IMG/VR virus record: IMGVR_UViG_3300042868_003570
Location: 1-61,990 of that record
DNA from: a virus
Taxonomy: Duplodnaviria; Caudoviricetes
Length of the DNA: 61,990 nt
Strand: one strand, 5' to 3'
The position numbers and the translations under genes were made by a program. The notes beneath the pieces are model-generated. The model saw nothing but the letters and a program-made list of their open reading frames with translations, did not search any database and had not been told where the DNA came from. The first letter of the stretch is position 1. Each line of letters starts with the position of its first letter. Positions 22,801-30,367 of the stretch are shown here, one piece after another.

Positions 22801-23678
22801 AGTACAAGAAGGCCACGCCTGAAGAGCGCTACAGCAACTTCTTTGTGCCAATTCCAGGCACCAAAGACATGTTCAAAATACCAATCCCCTACGAGGTTGG
22901 CCTGCTCTTCAAAGCGTTGCCCGAGGCGTTGCTCGACGCCATCATCGGCGACACCAAAGCCACGGAAGCTGCCAAGGGTATAGGCAAGTTGCTGTTGCAG
23001 TCGGCCCCCGGCGTGATCCCAGCGGCAGGCAAGCCGTTGATTGAGGCGGCTTATGGGCAGACGCTTATTGGGCCAATTGAATCCGAGCGCGAGAAGCGGC
23101 TTTTTGCGGGCCAGCGCTTTCGTGAAAACACACCGGAGGTGCTCAAGACTCTGGGCTCGTACACCGGCGCAATCGGTATCTCACCGCTGCTACTGGAACA
23201 CTTTGCTAGAGGCTACACCAGCACGCTTGGCGTGTCAGTGCTGCGGGCGCTGGACCCCATCATGGGCGAAGCCCTTGACAACAAGGCCACAACGCCCTTG
23301 AGCAAAACACCTTTTATTGGCGGCTTGTTCCAGACAGCCGATGGCAGGTTCCTGATCGAGCGTGCGTACAACCGCATGGAAGAAGTCACGCAGGCGGCTG
23401 ATAGTTACAAGGACTTGCAAAAGCGAGGCAAAAAAGCCGAGGCAGAAGCGTTTGCGCAGCGGCACGCGGACTTGCTTGCGGCATCGGACATGGCGGGTAC
23501 ATTTCGGCAGCGCTCTGGTCAGATGTTTGCAGACGAGCGAGCAGTACGTGCAGACCCAAGCCTGTCCCGCGAGCAGAAAGACGCGTTGCTCGCAAAAATC
23601 AAAGCAGCGCAGCAGATGGAGGCGAAGCAGTTCAGCGAAGCTTCCGATAAAACCACACGCCAAGCCGCCCGTCCCTGA
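13860..23678 (+). CDS. Giant virion/ejection polyvalent protein (3272 aa) with zincin-like metallopeptidase motif and LPD38-like C-terminus
   Basis: TLAHEVAGHFGLR and AVEEVLAD motifs; FKIPIPYEVGLLFKALPE C-terminal region; long coiled coil; hydrophobic N-terminal segment. Confidence 0.8.
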   Translation: MTYTVALPDGRTVEFPDSVPKERAAELLRQQFPAPEAKAAGFSVSDIFTSLGLGALGGTKALTDVAGAGNVVSEKLGQASESLQQRLSPERQAEIRRQQERAEKAATSGSTLEEIKAGAQSVFEAPLQSTAQALGSFAPILATLFLGPGAAALGLGARATAVATNIAKAAPVAIGTAQGAGAVKGAIYEGVYKAERKDGVSEDEAKEKATAAQDYFGQNIDQILVGAGAGYVSGRFGAERLLTPGAAAKAEGSMLGRVGTALATDVPTEAFQGGQEQFAQNLALQREGRDVPLFQGVAAQATQEGLMGALGSGPIAAIRGPGDARLREEQDRRAAESAQLQAQADAQRAEQEAFKQTPEYLDDIEKRFAQIKAQEKQLKDAVPARADKDDLLAVEERRRAVEALNEFKKSDEYVNTIDEYTQAYDQLRPRAQERKAAEVEKQRVERVQAAPEGTQLDLAGEPGAAQDMSQQGQVESLKQYIASFDKQIKQAQAAGDRNQVLALQNKQYEAQQQLATIAISESLPEQIKSLSQDFGGFTEKIKQAAGDEEQVRKLLVEQYKVQQQITSLLPDASMLDEAKALAQRNLENYQTQIQTLTEQPNKKPEQYRQLEQLSNTANQVRQAIAGIESTQKTVEQYAPVEKQKAIDKPREIAKLNKKLEDQAALGEDIGPTLEKLRALDTVAEQPALFGDEDLRDVVPRDLGDIMADERERVKALREKLDAERASLQRMAATPQTQLTEEVQRRKKELTEEARKTAQELQQRNKDLYEFEKKQTLLDKLRKEKRTPLVAQGIEAIQQQIAALQKKLQAQEPKVRVQQPRTKLPEAAPEGEFAPRVTDAQLTEQRDRDIAALLDKFLPGALGVTPTLEVLKVQGPEGPREVRLTTLGSTSSKALRQELENVNRRRDDAVVELFDSRGPTANALRSEIVMLVTREVELNRQLSKLDPLSNEYRKDLQSLVRQTFTRPSAIPKNRTPNLAEQQYLDAVDNMQRVEDATLDDIYAMNKLAYNARQRGVVDITALVQNNPVMQAGRDAEARLSAAQKRVDEAAKRMPQLPDLTEQALEDKIDTLAAEFSEGTPQQLSTATKARRVPAAVRPPALLGVDIPAQIAANNRQIEQLNKDIQYAGKPSGAEKVAALNKMKAERDQRREENQRLDAQLTTIRGKLGQAAEPAAPAEEIGEVAEMRQELATIERTLASDKKELKQLQEQLQEQQKKEQTPKIQEEVATLGRRIKQFEARANITRQLEAARDDLKERLQAQGAKPVETPSTEEQLGFRTGPASKFQLTELKPVTAEMTKARTAIVAATQRIEDIHKAAGRVSDMGEQYFREVATTYQLQLDKDNNALNNIKAAIARVLKGQEEAQLAINAARTPEQKATAVKNLDELRQREVDLKDLQTVRERRKAGMREAIAEVQRFLNLSRLAGVNKTTSLRESLAQALDRALADREKKEAALAELQKKQRMYEQQEAARRGIDLGEAEAEKITAGEAEGFVSVSGKALGEKPKAQRSGVISKDSKVKVIKPDQSKKLEEAIQTAAALVGEARREKETAKEALQAQTPSAERLASLKQALTALEKQVNAHYNATQIAELQAEIGQLQARLAALPVAPAIADVAEQYNKASTATKGLPAPERVAQLMFDKSSAEQKAAAQFKAAEQAVAAAQAKYAAAGKALSQAEKKVAKTLPQGFKVRNPQRLQGIKLQISNLLASAPKLRDDIQNALYAQSEAEKNYMAARLERLLLNQQMGEHAKRDAASITAQLASAADAVANLQKQLSTATANEVAMRSKLDKSSAALEKALDDAEIARQAARNAERLAQEQAQTSALDAAKDAQDRADALRTGLGLPGRRVERDTAGKVMTAVQADIRQRMAAAETNLSKAIKAGNPDAIRKYTAEVEATTRELAQVYSKAPLTVSEVGAAAQARKRSAGLTAKQKEKTLESVQKELDEAVIELRDATNRNDTAAIKAADAKVEELITLRDAYAVQTAAQPEVVEGVRSTSRREGPAVRYVRGGSKAIMQAGAVKLRAAGMSQDAANAVSLYVAKSRIRGAKDTAKVEELTQAFDALTDGMTEEQIKAAVAEGKRLMGLGPTAELIAKRVTYQEALANVSKAEQDLREAKSNVTKELAQDALDLAKQRVESASNSYDQAKALYETSQIRTAKKAEKDAVEALFDETEIAQDTKGAKLGKGAGRTAAAIEGSVFRTTDTAGPGMKAQRVRDVALKVASEWSVVPDIFVVEDIDGLPENIREQAIKAGVADNIPGVYDPATKTAYLVASNLKTTEDVLLTLAHEVAGHFGLREVLGSSYARTMQKLYAGNKLVRDRANEKMQAQKFLDQNTAVEEVLADMAETGASPQERNLLQRVYDFVKRWLKDTFPSLKIDRVTDNDVRQVVANARRYVTNADKSLLEGGAAATSGVVYRTAPESSIVGRPAGTLATLHGNFFGLAGRVQLVDRLAAADKAFVEGQKDGKLSSLEAENAQYFLRMGDMTTQAAGQFITNGPVRIIKDRIADRVEERYESQSGATLVRVTDYMERAGQEGLGSAQEVETLLTVKIAGDRANTIPRGWERLFSENPAKAKAEYDAAVAKINANPAAKKFMDAAAVEYKAYNDGLMDFAEQTGFITTEDARRLKKTPYVPYYRIDGGVVKLFVDRETPLVIGNIKDNPDLQQLLGDNKQIMPLLTSAVQNTFMLTRMGLRNKATQETASALEKAGFVSKMGEGMGLANVDTVHYKYKGKPYFATIDADQFGIPADLIVKGMEGIKTTIPDIVRLMGVPANWIRTFVTRSPAYVLRQLIRDPLSAAITGGVDGVPVLNAMKQLAKMKAGTNTSADALMRGLTVSSNIYTGNEQDMQKFLEAASGGRGKWSKLMGVFDQLALESDAATRTVVYEDSLKKGLSERQAQFRALEVQNFGRRGLSPSVQYMATLVPFFNAQIQGLDVLYRSFRGDMPFSEKLEIRKKIVSRGLLLTATALGYAFMMRDNEEYKKATPEERYSNFFVPIPGTKDMFKIPIPYEVGLLFKALPEALLDAIIGDTKATEAAKGIGKLLLQSAPGVIPAAGKPLIEAAYGQTLIGPIESEREKRLFAGQRFRENTPEVLKTLGSYTGAIGISPLLLEHFARGYTSTLGVSVLRALDPIMGEALDNKATTPLSKTPFIGGLFQTADGRFLIERAYNRMEEVTQAADSYKDLQKRGKKAEAEAFAQRHADLLAASDMAGTFRQRSGQMFADERAVRADPSLSREQKDALLAKIKAAQQMEAKQFSEASDKTTRQAARP

Positions 23679-23829
23679 TACTGGGGCGGGCCTGAGCGTC
23701 GAGGATGCGGCAGCGCAGGGCTTCCTTGAGACCTGCTTGCCGCACCTCTTCTGTGTCGATGCAGGGGATGAAAAACCCCTGCCCTCGCTCAACGGATCGC
23801 CACGGGAACAAGCGGCTGTAGGATGACAT
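23632..23829 (-). CDS. Small hypothetical protein (possible DNA-binding)
   Basis: FPWRSVERGQGFFIPC...GVWFYR; last gene of the minus-strand arm, overlaps the primase stop. Confidence 0.6.
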   Translation of the reverse strand: MSSYSRLFPWRSVERGQGFFIPCIDTEEVRQAGLKEALRCRILDAQARPSIRDGRLGVWFYRKLR

Positions 23830-26770
23830 CGTCTACGTCTTCTGCGCGTCTGGTGATCTTGACGGCACTGACCCGCATGGGCGGGCCGTCCGTCTTGGCC
23901 AGCATGTCCTTGCGCTGCATGAAGCTGACGATGAACTGCGCGGATATCTGCTCGCGGAACGTGTTGTAGCTAAAGCTCATGGCCGAGCAGTACGCCCGCA
24001 GCAGCCGCTCCTCTATGAAGAAGTCCACACCACCGCCACCAACGCCGTGCTCGACGCGGCCCATGATCTCTGTGCGCGTGGTGTTCTTGCCGACGATAGA
24101 GCCGTCGCTGAACGCGGCCAGGACACCCGCCTTCTCGCCAAACTTGACCACTACGAACTTGCCCTGGTACTCCTGAATGTAGGCGTTGAGCACATCCTCT
24201 GCCGTACGCTTGCCGCCCGCAATGCTGCGGCGCTGCTCCTCAAACGTGGCGTTGAGCACCTTGATGATCTCTTGCATTGGGATGTCCACGAGCCCCGTGT
24301 GCTGGCTATTGCACAGCACACCAGCGGCAACGATGACCCCGGCACCAGCCATCCAAAACCGCTCATCGTTCGGCGCGTTAAACGTCTTATACATCTGCGC
24401 CACGGTCTGCGGCACAAGCGTCTTGAGGTAGCCGATGTTGTTCACAAAGTACCGCGACAGCACATCCCCTGCAAGGCCGTAATTGCCTTGCAAAGACTTG
24501 ATGATCTCGATCTCTTCTTCACTCCACTCCAGCTTCTCGTCCATCGCCATCTCAATCAAGCGGCGAAGCTCACCCTCAGATGAGTGCTGCCGCACGCTTG
24601 TCAGGTAGTCAACCGCTGGCCTGTTCGATGACATCAGCGCCAGTGCTGCCCAAGTTGACAGGTTCAGCCGCTCACGGTTGGTGCCCGACTCCATCCTTTC
24701 TTTGCCGCGCCCCTCGGACATACTAAAGAGGAATGCAGGGAACCACTCGAAGTCTTTGCGGTTGTTGGTGGTGATCTCGTCGGTCACAAGCGGCAAGCTG
24801 CGCAGGTGCCCCAAGCGCTGCTGCATGGCCACGCCCGATGTGCCAGAGCCGGTACGATAGTGGACCGGGTGCCCCCACACAGATGCCGCAGTGTCCAGCG
24901 CCAAGGACTTACCCGTGCCGGACTCTGCCGAGGCGCAGTGGACGGTCAGGCCGAACAGGCCCGTGAAGCGCATGAGAGGCGAGCCCACACCGACCAAGAA
25001 GATCGTTAAGTGCTTCCACAGTTTGCGGCGCACAAGCATGTTGATGACCGCCTGCCACGCATCCAACGAACCTGCGGGCTTGGTGTTGCTGACAATGTTC
25101 TCCAGCCCCGCCATAGGCACGAACACGGGCTCGGCACCGGGCTTGTAGATGGAGCTGTTGAAGACGAAGCTGTCGTCTTCTTGCCAGCCATACGCCGAGG
25201 GGATGCGTATAGGCTCCCTCTCAGTGCTCATCTTCTCCACACTTGCGCGGACATACTCATACAGGTTCTTGTCATTGCCCGAGCCGAACGCGGCCAAGAT
25301 GTTCTGGTTAGCCAGATGCTTGAGCGCATCGTCCCTAGCGGCCATGCTCCTTTGCGGCAGCAGCACTTCTTGAACTTGGTTGTTGCGCACGGCCAGAAAG
25401 TGAACATCGTGTGTGCCGTTGTTGTTCAGGATGTCCACGGGGAACAAGTCGTAGGGCAGCAGCATGTGCTGGCGCTTTTGCGTGTTGCCGTCCCCGTCTT
25501 CTTCTTCCTTCTCGATGAACACGCCGCCGTACTTGCCAAACGCATACCCCCGAGGGGGCTCTGGGCGGTACATTTTCTGCGGTGCAGCATCAGCAACCTG
25601 CACCTCAATCTCGACTGCCTCGGTCACAGAGTTGACCTCGCGCCCCCAGCCCAGCGGGTTTGTGATCTTGCCCCTGTGCTGGCACTTATTACACACGCCG
25701 GGGTTGGCATCGTTCATGGCCTCGCACGAGTACGGCCCCTTGATCTCGTGCAGCTTCCTGTACATCCTGTCGTGGTCGTACGGGTGCATGTCGCTCAACC
25801 ACACCGCCGCTTTCGGGCCATCTACGCAGACCTTGGTCCAGCTCAGCAGCCCACGCCACAGCGGCTCCGTGCCATCCTCATCAGCGTTCTCGATGTAGTG
25901 GGCAATCTGCCCGCAGCCTGTGCCGTCACGGGTCTTGAGCAAGATTTTCTTGAAGCGCGTGATGCTGTTGCCAATGATGGCCTGCGCCGTGGGCGACAGT
26001 GCTTTGACACTGGTCGGACGCTGCCCTGGCAACGTTAGCGTGTTGATGGTGGTGGGTGGGGGCGGTGGTGCTGTTTTGTCAATGCCTTCAGCCGTCAAGA
26101 TAGCGTCGATGTCGTCCACGGCGAAGCGGTTGCCCTCAGTGATGAAGCGAACCTTGGTGGCTTCGCGCACACGCTTGCCGTTCTTGACCCCGGTATTGGT
26201 CGTATCAAACACACGCAGCACCCTGGACGCGTCCCCCGTCACAGCGTTGTCGATCTTCAAGCCATGCTTGTGGCACAGCTCCTTGAACCGCTTGGCCACG
26301 GGGAACCAGTCCTCCTTGAACATCATCTCGCTTAGCGGCCAGTAGGCGTGTATGCCGCCGCCCGAGTGCACTATCCACGGATCACCCAGTGCTGCGAGCC
26401 CCGTGTCCTCACAGAACTTTTGCAATGCCTGCGCGGCAGCTTTGGCGCTTGGGTATGCCTTGGGCTTGATGACCATCTCGCCCGTGTCTTTGTCGGGTTG
26501 CGGGATGTCCTTGGGGTGGTTGCAGTCAAGGTCAACTGCCAGCACTTGGCTGGCGTGCATGTTGTCCTTGGTGCGGTCTTTGCTCGTGCCGAACGTGCCC
26601 AGCGCAAAGTACGTGTCGTAGCCCTTGGCGGACCAGCGCTCAATTGTTGGAAGTAGCTCTTCGAGTGTCTCCTTGAAAACGTGTTCTTTTTTGTTTGTAA
26701 GCTCAGCGGCGCAGTAATACCCATTACCCGGCGACGGCAGAACCTCCGCTAGAAACTCAAGCGGTGTCAT
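23789..26770 (-). CDS. Primase-helicase (N-terminal primase domain, DUF927-type region, P-loop helicase)
   Basis: VDLD and SGGGIHAYW primase motifs; Cys cluster; Walker A SAESGTGKS; LVTDE Walker B. Confidence 0.88.
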   Translation of the reverse strand: MTPLEFLAEVLPSPGNGYYCAAELTNKKEHVFKETLEELLPTIERWSAKGYDTYFALGTFGTSKDRTKDNMHASQVLAVDLDCNHPKDIPQPDKDTGEMVIKPKAYPSAKAAAQALQKFCEDTGLAALGDPWIVHSGGGIHAYWPLSEMMFKEDWFPVAKRFKELCHKHGLKIDNAVTGDASRVLRVFDTTNTGVKNGKRVREATKVRFITEGNRFAVDDIDAILTAEGIDKTAPPPPPTTINTLTLPGQRPTSVKALSPTAQAIIGNSITRFKKILLKTRDGTGCGQIAHYIENADEDGTEPLWRGLLSWTKVCVDGPKAAVWLSDMHPYDHDRMYRKLHEIKGPYSCEAMNDANPGVCNKCQHRGKITNPLGWGREVNSVTEAVEIEVQVADAAPQKMYRPEPPRGYAFGKYGGVFIEKEEEDGDGNTQKRQHMLLPYDLFPVDILNNNGTHDVHFLAVRNNQVQEVLLPQRSMAARDDALKHLANQNILAAFGSGNDKNLYEYVRASVEKMSTEREPIRIPSAYGWQEDDSFVFNSSIYKPGAEPVFVPMAGLENIVSNTKPAGSLDAWQAVINMLVRRKLWKHLTIFLVGVGSPLMRFTGLFGLTVHCASAESGTGKSLALDTAASVWGHPVHYRTGSGTSGVAMQQRLGHLRSLPLVTDEITTNNRKDFEWFPAFLFSMSEGRGKERMESGTNRERLNLSTWAALALMSSNRPAVDYLTSVRQHSSEGELRRLIEMAMDEKLEWSEEEIEIIKSLQGNYGLAGDVLSRYFVNNIGYLKTLVPQTVAQMYKTFNAPNDERFWMAGAGVIVAAGVLCNSQHTGLVDIPMQEIIKVLNATFEEQRRSIAGGKRTAEDVLNAYIQEYQGKFVVVKFGEKAGVLAAFSDGSIVGKNTTRTEIMGRVEHGVGGGGVDFFIEERLLRAYCSAMSFSYNTFREQISAQFIVSFMQRKDMLAKTDGPPMRVSAVKITRRAEDVDDVILQPLVPVAIR

Positions 26771-26791
26771 AAGGCTCCTTAGCGCTGGGGG

Positions 26792-26920
26792 TTAGGCTGT
26801 CAGTTGGGCTTTGAGTTCGGCGTTCTCATCAATGAGTTGGGCCACACGGGCGCACAGCTCCTGCACCAGCGGGTCGTCCTTTTCCATGTACGCGTGGCGC
26901 AGGATTTCTTCCGTGGTCAT
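26792..26920 (-). CDS. Small coiled-coil protein (42 aa, MTTEEILRHAY...)
   Basis: ATG overlaps the upstream TGA (ATGA); TAA 26792-26794. Confidence 0.6.
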   Translation of the reverse strand: MTTEEILRHAYMEKDDPLVQELCARVAQLIDENAELKAQLTA

Positions 26921-27195
26921 GTTGGCAAGTTGTACTCGTGACATATTTTTCTCCATGCCTCATCCGCTGTGCGTGAGGACTTCATGATTGTTAGTAAAAG
27001 CTCCACGCGATTTTGATACGCGATGAAAACGTCTTTGCCGAAGAACCAGTTGTATACGGTCTGTCGGGTAACGCCAAGTGCTATCGCAATTTTGGTCACG
27101 GGAAAATCAAGGTGGACAGCCCATCGCCCCAACTGGTTGCCGGGGGTCTTGGGCGCTGACATTACAGCGTCAACAACTTTTTGGGAATAGGGCAT
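26917..27195 (-). CDS. Cro-like HTH transcriptional regulator
   Basis: VTKIAIALGVTRQTVYNWF helix-turn-helix. Confidence 0.85.
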   Translation of the reverse strand: MPYSQKVVDAVMSAPKTPGNQLGRWAVHLDFPVTKIAIALGVTRQTVYNWFFGKDVFIAYQNRVELLLTIMKSSRTADEAWRKICHEYNLPT

Positions 27196-27205
27196 TGTGA
27201 TAGGT

Positions 27206-27317
27206 GGGGGTACTCGCTGCGTCTGCGGCTATAGCTGGCTATACGGCTGCTTCTTTATCCAGCTAGGTGAGCATCCTTGCGGTCTGGCCGACCCGCCGCA
27301 GCATCCGCTTTCCCCCC
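27206..27317 (-). ncRNA. Candidate structured intergenic RNA (multi-stem, loop-E-like motif)
   Basis: GGGGG/CCCCC closing stem, GAAA/GAGUA internal loop, nested stems CUGCGGC/GCCGCAG and UAGCUGG/CCAGCUA. Confidence 0.55.
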
Positions 27318-27324
27318 GAACTCC

Positions 27325-28299
27325 TTACTCGTCGTCCCAGTCGCTCACGATGTCAGCGAGCTTGGACTTCTTGGCGGGCACCGCAGTCTCCTTGGAGGGA
27401 GTCTTGCGCACTTCTGGCTCGTCGTCCTCGGACGCCACGGGCTTGGTCTTGGGGGCCTTGGCGGGCTTGGGCGGTGGAGCCTCTTCCTCCTCGGCTTCAG
27501 GCTCGACCTTGGGCGCGGCACGGGCTTGCGTGGGCTTGCCGGGGATGGCCATCGGCGGGGCCTTGACGCCATCAGCTTGCGCCACGGTCATCACCACAGC
27601 ACGTTTGGCATCGTCGCTGTCGGCCTGCGTCATGACGGTCTCGTACTCCGCGTCCTCCAACCAGCGCACGGGCGTGAAGAACAGCTTGGGGCTCTCGGCC
27701 TTGGTGTCAAACTTCATGCGGGTGATGATCTGCTCGGGGTTAACTGGCGGGGTCTGCGCGGCCAAGAAGCGGGCGTATGCCTGCAGTGGGCGCTTGTCGC
27801 CGTCCTCCTTGCCGAAGATCGACGTTGCGGGCAGCGTGAGCTGCAGCACATCACCTTCTGGGTTGTTGGCCAGCACCACCGCCAAGCGCTGCTGGTAGCG
27901 ACAGGCGCGGCTATTGCCGTTGCCCGACCCGGCTTCGTTCTGGGGGCAACCCATGCAGGTGGCGTTCTGCGGCTCCTTGAGGGATGCGTCGGGCTTCTCG
28001 CCGTCGTTGCTCCAGCAGTTGGGCGCAGCAGCGGCAGCGTCCTTGTCATACGCGCCTGCGTAGAAGATACGGCTGACCTTGGGCGCGGCCTTAACGATCA
28101 CCACATCGAGGTGGCGGTCTTCGATGGCTGCGATCTCCTTGCCACCAGAGACCAGACGAAACACGCCGCCCTTGATGGAGATGCGCTTGGTGGACAGGCC
28201 CGTGCCGCCACCCGTCAGGGCCTTGGCGGTTTCAGACAGCTCGTTGTTGCGAGCGAAGGCGGGGACGTTGGATGCGCTAAAAAGTGTGATATTGCTCAT
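27325..28299 (-). CDS. Single-stranded DNA-binding/annealing protein
   Basis: RISIKGGVF, CWSNDG, CxxCP, Pro/Glu-rich linker, acidic tail DWDDE. Confidence 0.7.
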   Translation of the reverse strand: MSNITLFSASNVPAFARNNELSETAKALTGGGTGLSTKRISIKGGVFRLVSGGKEIAAIEDRHLDVVIVKAAPKVSRIFYAGAYDKDAAAAAPNCWSNDGEKPDASLKEPQNATCMGCPQNEAGSGNGNSRACRYQQRLAVVLANNPEGDVLQLTLPATSIFGKEDGDKRPLQAYARFLAAQTPPVNPEQIITRMKFDTKAESPKLFFTPVRWLEDAEYETVMTQADSDDAKRAVVMTVAQADGVKAPPMAIPGKPTQARAAPKVEPEAEEEEAPPPKPAKAPKTKPVASEDDEPEVRKTPSKETAVPAKKSKLADIVSDWDDE

Positions 28300-28306
28300 G
28301 GTTAAC

Positions 28307-28717
28307 TCATTTGGATTTAGTTACACGAATCTCGAACTCGGTGTACGAGTTCAGTCCGGGTGGCACGGCCCCCGGATTCTCTTGCAGGAAGGTCGCCATG
28401 TTCGTCTGTGCGATGCGTTTTTCCAGCAGGTCAACGACTTGGTGCTCAAGAATGAACTTCTTGAACGAGTCCCAGTCCTGCGTGTTGTAGCGCGTCTTGG
28501 TCGAGAGGGAGACCGTCCCGTAGGAGGTATTGACAGACTTCAGGCCGAGCGCCTTCATCTTGTCTTTGATGGCAAAGCGCACCTCGTCTTGCTGTGCCTT
28601 GAGTTGCTCCACCGCAGTGTCGTACTCCTTGGTCAGCGCGTCGATGCGCCCTTTAATCCTGCTGTGGATTTTCACGAGGAGGTCAATTGGAACCACCTCA
28701 TCTTCAGTTTCGTTCAT
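28307..28717 (-). CDS. Conserved replication-module protein (coiled coil; Gam-like?)
   Basis: SVNTSYGTV...DWDSF...LLEKRI...PPG pattern. Confidence 0.6.
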   Translation of the reverse strand: MNETEDEVVPIDLLVKIHSRIKGRIDALTKEYDTAVEQLKAQQDEVRFAIKDKMKALGLKSVNTSYGTVSLSTKTRYNTQDWDSFKKFILEHQVVDLLEKRIAQTNMATFLQENPGAVPPGLNSYTEFEIRVTKSK

Positions 28718-28736
28718 GTGCTTTCTCCTGTTGTTT

Positions 28737-28752
28737 TGTCAAGCGTTGGACA
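28737..28752. promoter_or_regulatory. Operator-like site TGTCAAGCGTTGGACA (copy 1)
   Basis: Identical copy at 37228; abuts the -10 of a minus-strand promoter. Confidence 0.7.
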
Positions 28753-28779
28753 GTGTACATGGGTTTTTGGGTTGTGCAA
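28752..28779 (-). promoter_or_regulatory. Sigma70-like promoter TTGCAC-N16-TACACT
   Basis: Intergenic, upstream of the 28717 gene. Confidence 0.6.
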
Positions 28780-28789
28780 GTGCCTCCTT

Positions 28790-30349
28790 TTAAGATTTAA
28801 TTTCTGCCTCGAACATGGCCGTGAGCAGGTCGTTGTCAGTGACGCGGGCCGTCAGCGCCTTGAACATCTTGCGCTCGATGGGGGAGCCTTGGATGTGCAG
28901 CACCGTCACCTTGTCGCTGTTCTGGCCCTTGCGGTCAGCCCGTGCAATGCACTGGATGTACTGCTCGACCGACATCAACGGGCCGTAGAAGACCACCGTG
29001 TCGGCAGCGGTTAGGGTAATCCCGTGTGCCGTTGCTTGCGGCTGCATGACAAGCAGCCGTGGGTCGGGCTGGGTCTGGAACCTGTGGATGATGTCAGCGC
29101 GTTTTGTCGCGCTCACACCGCCGTGGATGACCTCGGCCTTGATGCCCTTTTTGGTCAGGTGCGTGTGGATGGCGTCAATGGTGGAGCGAAACAGCGCGAA
29201 GACGATGACCTTGCGCTCGGTCTCCTCCAGTATCTCTTCGAGCACGCCCAAGCGCGGCGCTGAGTCGAACTCGACCACCGCCTTCTCGTCTGTGTAGGCC
29301 GCACCACAACTGATCTGCAGCAGCTTGCTGACGCCCGCAGCGGCGTTGACCGCAGTGATGGTCGTTCCGGCTGTGTGCACCAGCATCTGATCCTTGAGCA
29401 AGTTGTAGTACTTGGTCTGCTGCGGCGTGAGCGGCACCTCGCGCACCAGCGTCATGACAGGCGGCAGGTCAAGGCACTGCTCCTTGGTGAACCTGATGGC
29501 GGGCTGCAACGCGTTGAACACATCGTCCTTGGCCGTGGGCTTAGGCCCCCACTTGAACATGGTGAGCTTCATCATCACCAGATCACGCCATGCTGTGAAG
29601 AACTGCGGCACGCCTTGTGGGTTGACCAGCTTGGCCAGACCATACGCATCAGCAGGCGACTGCGAAGCAGGTGTGCCCGTCATCATCCACAGGTACGTGT
29701 CAGGCTTGATGATGGCCTTGAGCGTCTTCCACCGCCTAGTGGTCATGGTCTTGTAGGCGTTGGCCTCATCGACGATCACAAGGTCGAACCTGCCGTCTGC
29801 GTTGATCTCATCTGCGATCAGGTTGAGCCCGTCGTAGTTGCAGATCACAAACTCGTAGTCCGACTGAATCATCTCGATGCGCTTGGCAGACTGCGCATGG
29901 TGCGCGACGATGGCCGAGCGATGAATGATTGAGTTGTTGAGATCACTCATCCACGCTGCGTGCATGATCGACAGTGGGCACAGTATCAGCACACGGCGCA
30001 CAAGCCCACGGTTCATCAGGTAGTCAGCCGCCCACAGCGCTGCAAGCGTCTTGCCAGTGCCGGGGTCGTTAAAGACGAAGGCTTTGCGGTTGACGGTGAG
30101 GAACGATGCAGTATCGACTTGGTGCGCCATAGGCTTGTAGCGCCCCGGCCAGTTGTAGCGCCGCGTGATGGGCGAGGGCACATCTTTGACGCCGAGGTTG
30201 CGCAGCACCCGCACCTCTTCGAGCCCCCAGTACACCGCGATTTTGTACGTGTCACCCTCGCGCTCAAGTATCTTGTGCTTGGGGATTAGGTTGTATCTTT
30301 GCGGGTTACGCGTTCGAAAGACGAGCGCCTTGTCTTCAACTATCTCCAT
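28790..30349 (-). CDS. SNF2-family helicase
   Basis: DPGTGKT, VIVDEA, MTGTP, HGITLT, QCIARADRKGQ. Confidence 0.92.
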   Translation of the reverse strand: MEIVEDKALVFRTRNPQRYNLIPKHKILEREGDTYKIAVYWGLEEVRVLRNLGVKDVPSPITRRYNWPGRYKPMAHQVDTASFLTVNRKAFVFNDPGTGKTLAALWAADYLMNRGLVRRVLILCPLSIMHAAWMSDLNNSIIHRSAIVAHHAQSAKRIEMIQSDYEFVICNYDGLNLIADEINADGRFDLVIVDEANAYKTMTTRRWKTLKAIIKPDTYLWMMTGTPASQSPADAYGLAKLVNPQGVPQFFTAWRDLVMMKLTMFKWGPKPTAKDDVFNALQPAIRFTKEQCLDLPPVMTLVREVPLTPQQTKYYNLLKDQMLVHTAGTTITAVNAAAGVSKLLQISCGAAYTDEKAVVEFDSAPRLGVLEEILEETERKVIVFALFRSTIDAIHTHLTKKGIKAEVIHGGVSATKRADIIHRFQTQPDPRLLVMQPQATAHGITLTAADTVVFYGPLMSVEQYIQCIARADRKGQNSDKVTVLHIQGSPIERKMFKALTARVTDNDLLTAMFEAEIKS

Positions 30350-30367
30350 TTACTTCCTCCTTGTGTT

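Noticed and set aside
13860-23678. N4-like or crAss-like virion RNA polymerase (similar size), with the early palindromes as hairpin promoters
   Set aside because: No DxDGD or T7-type polymerase motifs seen; the sequence is coiled coil plus peptidase and LPD38-like regions
25010-29014. Long plus-strand ORFs antisense to replication genes (e.g. 25010..26038, 27277..28305, 28079..29014) and similar shadow ORFs elsewhere
   Set aside because: Shadow frames of GC3-rich genes, with no RBS or recognisable motifs
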